Shown here in pieces: positions 60,291 through 64,000 of a stretch of DNA of 64,000 nucleotides. The notes beneath the pieces are model-generated. The model saw nothing but the letters and a program-made list of their open reading frames with translations, had not been told where the DNA came from and made no database searches. The DNA lies in contig NC_092678.1 in assembly GCF_964355755.1 (NCBI RefSeq), forward strand, positions 13,948,352 through 14,012,351, in the 5' to 3' direction. Source of the stretch: Antedon mediterranea. Lineage: Eukaryota; Animalia; Echinodermata. Every line of letters begins with the position of its first letter. The stretch's first letter is position 1. The translations under genes and the position numbers were made by a program.

Positions 60291-60742
60291 AAATTACTCT
60301 AAATTTTAGAAATACTGTAATATGGCTCTGTACAGTGAAATACAACAGCGCCACCTGTCGTCTGGCCTCAGTTTCGTATCTCTTTTAAACATTTTTATTG
60401 TGTGTACGAAAAAAGATATACTGCAGCTAATGGCTCTGTACTGTGAAATACAACAGCGTCACCTGTCGTCTCGTATCAGTTTCGTTTGTTAACACCACCG
60501 CGGGTAGCAGATTTTTGTGTCCGATTTGGACATATACATGTACTAATTTCATTCAAAAAGGCATTTAAATTAGCTTTAAATGGTTCTTTAGGATTTTGAT
60601 TAATTAATGGGGACATCCCTACAAGACGTGGAATTGTTGGAAAAACCATAATTAGCCTAGATAAGTTCCAATTGTTTGTCGAAGTTTTGCTTTTCAGCCA
60701 AGCTAGTACTACTAGGCTACTAGGTTTTAGCCAAGGCCATGC

Positions 60743-61633
60743 TAGTGTTATGCGCGATTTGAACGATTTGCGCAATTTAAAATTGCGCGAAGAATTCATT
60801 GCGCAATTTGAATTGAAACATCTGTTTCAAATTGCGCAAGCAACGTATTAAATTGTGCAAGTAATCTGCAAATTGCGCAAGATTTTTTTCGACAGATTGT
60901 GAAATCATGCACACTCATATTTTTATAGTAATTTCCAAGAATGATTCAAAATTAAAGATAATATCGCATTTCCTTATTTTTTATAGTAGTGAAAATATTG
61001 TTATTGTTAGCATACCGTCGAAGACCCGACAAAGGACCACAAAGGTGGTGTTTCCGGCGGGCACGTGCACGGCGGGCGGCTAATACTACTCTATAGCCTC
61101 CTACTACTGGCTATGTTTTGATAGCAAGTCTAACCGTTGGTGGCGGTAGACTATGTTGTGTATTACTACATTAATTTTTGTTATTTTTACATTTATTTTG
61201 ATTTATTTTAAGTTACATGAGTGATAATATTATTTAATTGTGTATGCCATTTATGTTGTGTATTATACACATGTTATCTTCGCATTTATTATGTTTCATT
61301 TTGAGTTATTAGTTTCGAATAAATTATTATTGTTAACCGATCGTCGACGTTAGCACGCATTCGGGTAGAATTCTGCTGCGCAATTTGATATTGCGCAAGT
61401 TGATTGCGCAATTTAATATTACGTAAGAAAATCTGTGCGCAATTTCAAATTGCGCAAGAATTCCTTGCGCAATTTGAAATTGCGCAAGGAATTTTATTGC
61501 GCAATTTGATATTGCGCAAGTTGATTGCGTAATTTAATATTGCGCAAGGAAATCTGTGCGCAATTTCAAATTGCGCAAGAATTCTTTGCGCAATTTCAAA
61601 TTGTGCAAATCGTTCAAATCGCGCATAACACTA
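60743..61633. mobile_element. Fold-back/TIR element with TTGCGCAA subterminal arrays
   Basis: TIR TAGTGTTATGCGCGATTTGAACGATTTG at both ends; about 20 exact or near-exact TTGCGCAA motifs; no matching TSD. Confidence 0.8.
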
Positions 61634-61831
61634 GTATTAGGCTAGGCCTAGCCTAGGCGTTTTAGCCTTGCTAGGCCTAGGATTGTTTGGTCGTTTGTTG
61701 ACATAATTAACACAAAAGTAGGTGTGTTTATAAAATCCATATAAATATAACATTTAATATAAAATTATTAAAAACCAAATGTTACTGTTTTTAATCAATG
61801 TGAATGAAATGTAGGCGGGTAGTAACAAAGT

Positions 61832-61980
61832 GCGAGGCAGCGAGGCACGCGAGGCAGGGAAGGCATGCGAGGCAGGGAAGGCATGCGAGGCAAGTCAGAA
61901 ATTTATGCGAGGCATCGTTTTACCATCATCAAAAAATGCGAGGCATCATTTTATCATTTCTCAAAATTGCAAGGCAGGAA
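61832..61980 (+). repeat. Short GCGAGGCA-core tandem repeat (~18 bp)
   Basis: gcgaggcagggaaggcat units, followed by more widely spaced gcgaggca cores. Confidence 0.8.
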
Positions 61981-62059
61981 ATCACCGAAATTGAAGTAGC
62001 CTAGGCCTAGGCCCGCTAGGCTAGTTTCCTTTTGCACCTGCCTTGTATTTTAACCAACT

Positions 62060-62742
62060 TTATCCTGAATACCACAGCTTAGAATTAGTAGGCCTACTTT
62101 AATGAAGAAAAATCACATAAAAGTAACAATAAATCCATTAAATTGGTGATTTTACAGACGTTGTTTTTCTCGCATTTCGCACACTCAATGTTCAATATTT
62201 TGGTTTCTATGGAACGCCAAAAGAGCAAAATTAATTAGAGGGCTAAAAACTCCATTTATATTTAACGCATTATTTGGTGAAAATCAAGTACAATTTCAAT
62301 AGATTTTGTCACTGTCAGTAAGGAAAAATGTTACTGTTGATAATGTACACGGTTTCGTTAACCTTTTAAAGAATAAAATAGAAAAATTCATCATAATATC
62401 CTTAGTAGGATGTCCTAGGTCTAGACTAGGTAGTGATGTTGATTTAGGATCGATTATTATTCTTTGAAAACAGAATAGTATCAGCAGTAACATATTACAG
62501 CATTTTTATTGACAAATTAACAAATATATTGAAATAAAACGTGTTTTTCACCAATAAATGCATGAGAAATTGATGCATTCCACTGAGTTTTAGTCCTCTA
62601 TTATCGTTGCTCTTTTGGCGCTCCATAGAAACAAAAATATTGAACATTGAATAAGTTAAGGATTTATTTGTTACTTTTTATGTGATTCTTTCATTAAAGT
62701 ACTCATGAGGTATACTTCTAAGGTGTGGTATTCACACGATAA
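62060..62742. mobile_element. Fold-back MITE
   Basis: Long imperfect inverted arms: gaataccaca/tgtggtattc, caatgttcaatatttt/aaaatattgaacattg, gccaaaagagcaa/ttgctcttttggc. Confidence 0.75.
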
Positions 62743-62941
62743 AATAACTGTGCGAGTCGGTACGATTGGACGTGTACGCCAACAATGTTCATTTTGTAAT
62801 GATTTAAACTGCATTAAATCTCAAACGGGTCTCAAATCATCATTTTTTATGAAGTTAGTCTAACAGGTCTTACTGAAGACGGAACCTAAACTGTGATTTA
62901 GCCTACTAAACAAATAGAATCTGTTTCTAAAAGCTAGCCTC

Positions 62942-63768
62942 ATGACATCTAACTCGAAGGAAACTCCCGCCTCAACTGGCCCGTCTACACGGCAGTCCAA
63001 ACAAGCTCGATCGACTTTGTCGGAAATTATTAACAGTACCGATATGCTCTCACTCATTGAAGATAACATCAAAAAAGCTTTTAATGGACCATTAATGGCT
63101 GAACTTATCGGTAAGCTGATACGTTTTCAAATGAAACATTTATTAACTTAATTAACAAAACCGTTAAGAAAAGCCTTGAGGCGACTATGGACAGAATCGA
63201 TCGTGTTGAAGGCTCACTATTTGTTTGTGAAAGCAAAATAGATGACATAACAAATGAATTTGAGTCCATCAGCTCCTTTGTAGATGATATAAAAACTGAA
63301 ATGCACAATATACACAACTCAGTTGATGATCTAGAGCAATATTCACGCAGAAATAATATCAGAATTTTTGGAATGCCTGAATCTGACAACGAGAACACTG
63401 ATGAATTAGTATGCAAATTAGCAAGCAGCAAGCTGGGTGTAAACATCAACTTACACGACATTGACCGCTCACACCGAACAGGACGAAAGAATGCTAAAGC
63501 ACGTCGACCTAGGCCAATTATTGTAAAGTTTACCTCATATAGAAGTCGAAGAAACGTTATAACAGTGAGAAGGAAATTAAAAGGCTCTGGGATATCTATC
63601 CAAGAGGATCTTACCCTAAAAAGACGCAATCTTCTGGCTCAATTGAAGCAACATCAGAATACAAACAGTGTTTGGTCGATTGATGGACGTATTTTTGCAA
63701 CCATCTTGAAGAATGGCAGGGAAGTTGTAACTCCTATACTTTCTATTTCTGACATTGGCAAATCTTAA
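62942..63768 (+). mobile_element. LINE ORF1 (coiled coil + RRM + CTD; CR1/L2-type), frameshifted near 63110-63150
   Basis: Heptad region followed by LEQYSRRNNIRIFGMPE, DIDRSHRTG, RPRPIIVKFTSY and ISIQEDLT..R. The element probably continues beyond the window. Confidence 0.85.
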
Positions 63769-64000
63769 TTTTAAACTATTGTATTATTATTCTTATTACT
63801 ATAGTTATTGATATACTTTATTATAATCGTTTAATCTGCTGTTTTTGCGTATCAGTTCCAAATTAACACTTCTGATTAAACCATTTTTCACGTGTATATT
63901 TATACCATTGCGGTATTAGTTACTATTATTATTATCTTGCTATTCCATCACATACTTATCACATTTAGTGTCTCTATGCTGACTTCATCATTATTTTATT

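Noticed and set aside
63105-63629. 174-aa minus-strand ORF
   Set aside because: It is the antisense shadow of the LINE ORF1.

Overview
AT-rich, repeat-dense animal nuclear DNA with spliceosomal introns. An invertebrate source is likely, and an echinoderm/crinoid is my inference from the tandem-DED/Roco-like sequence. It is not prokaryotic and has no CRISPR array. Most of the window is transposon-derived: five non-autonomous Helitron copies, Helentron-type HINEs, a Penelope fragment with two hammerhead ribozymes, a decayed Gmr1-like Ty3/Gypsy element, several LINE fragments, MITEs, and a locally triplicated segment. There are two host pseudogenes: a Ser/Thr kinase fragment and a Roco-type COR + tandem DED gene. 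The standout object is a gene at 31169-42261 split by a 7.16-kb CACTA/EnSpm-type transposon (CACAG termini, TA duplication). Removing the element gives a stop-free 1308-aa ORF made of a triple helical repeat plus glycine zipper, a region resembling an ADP-ribosyltransferase (ART)-type toxin domain, and 5-6 tandem 'KDQGWG' beta-repeats. This is an AB/polymorphic-toxin-like architecture in an animal genome. All domain assignments are from motif recognition by eye; no searches were run.
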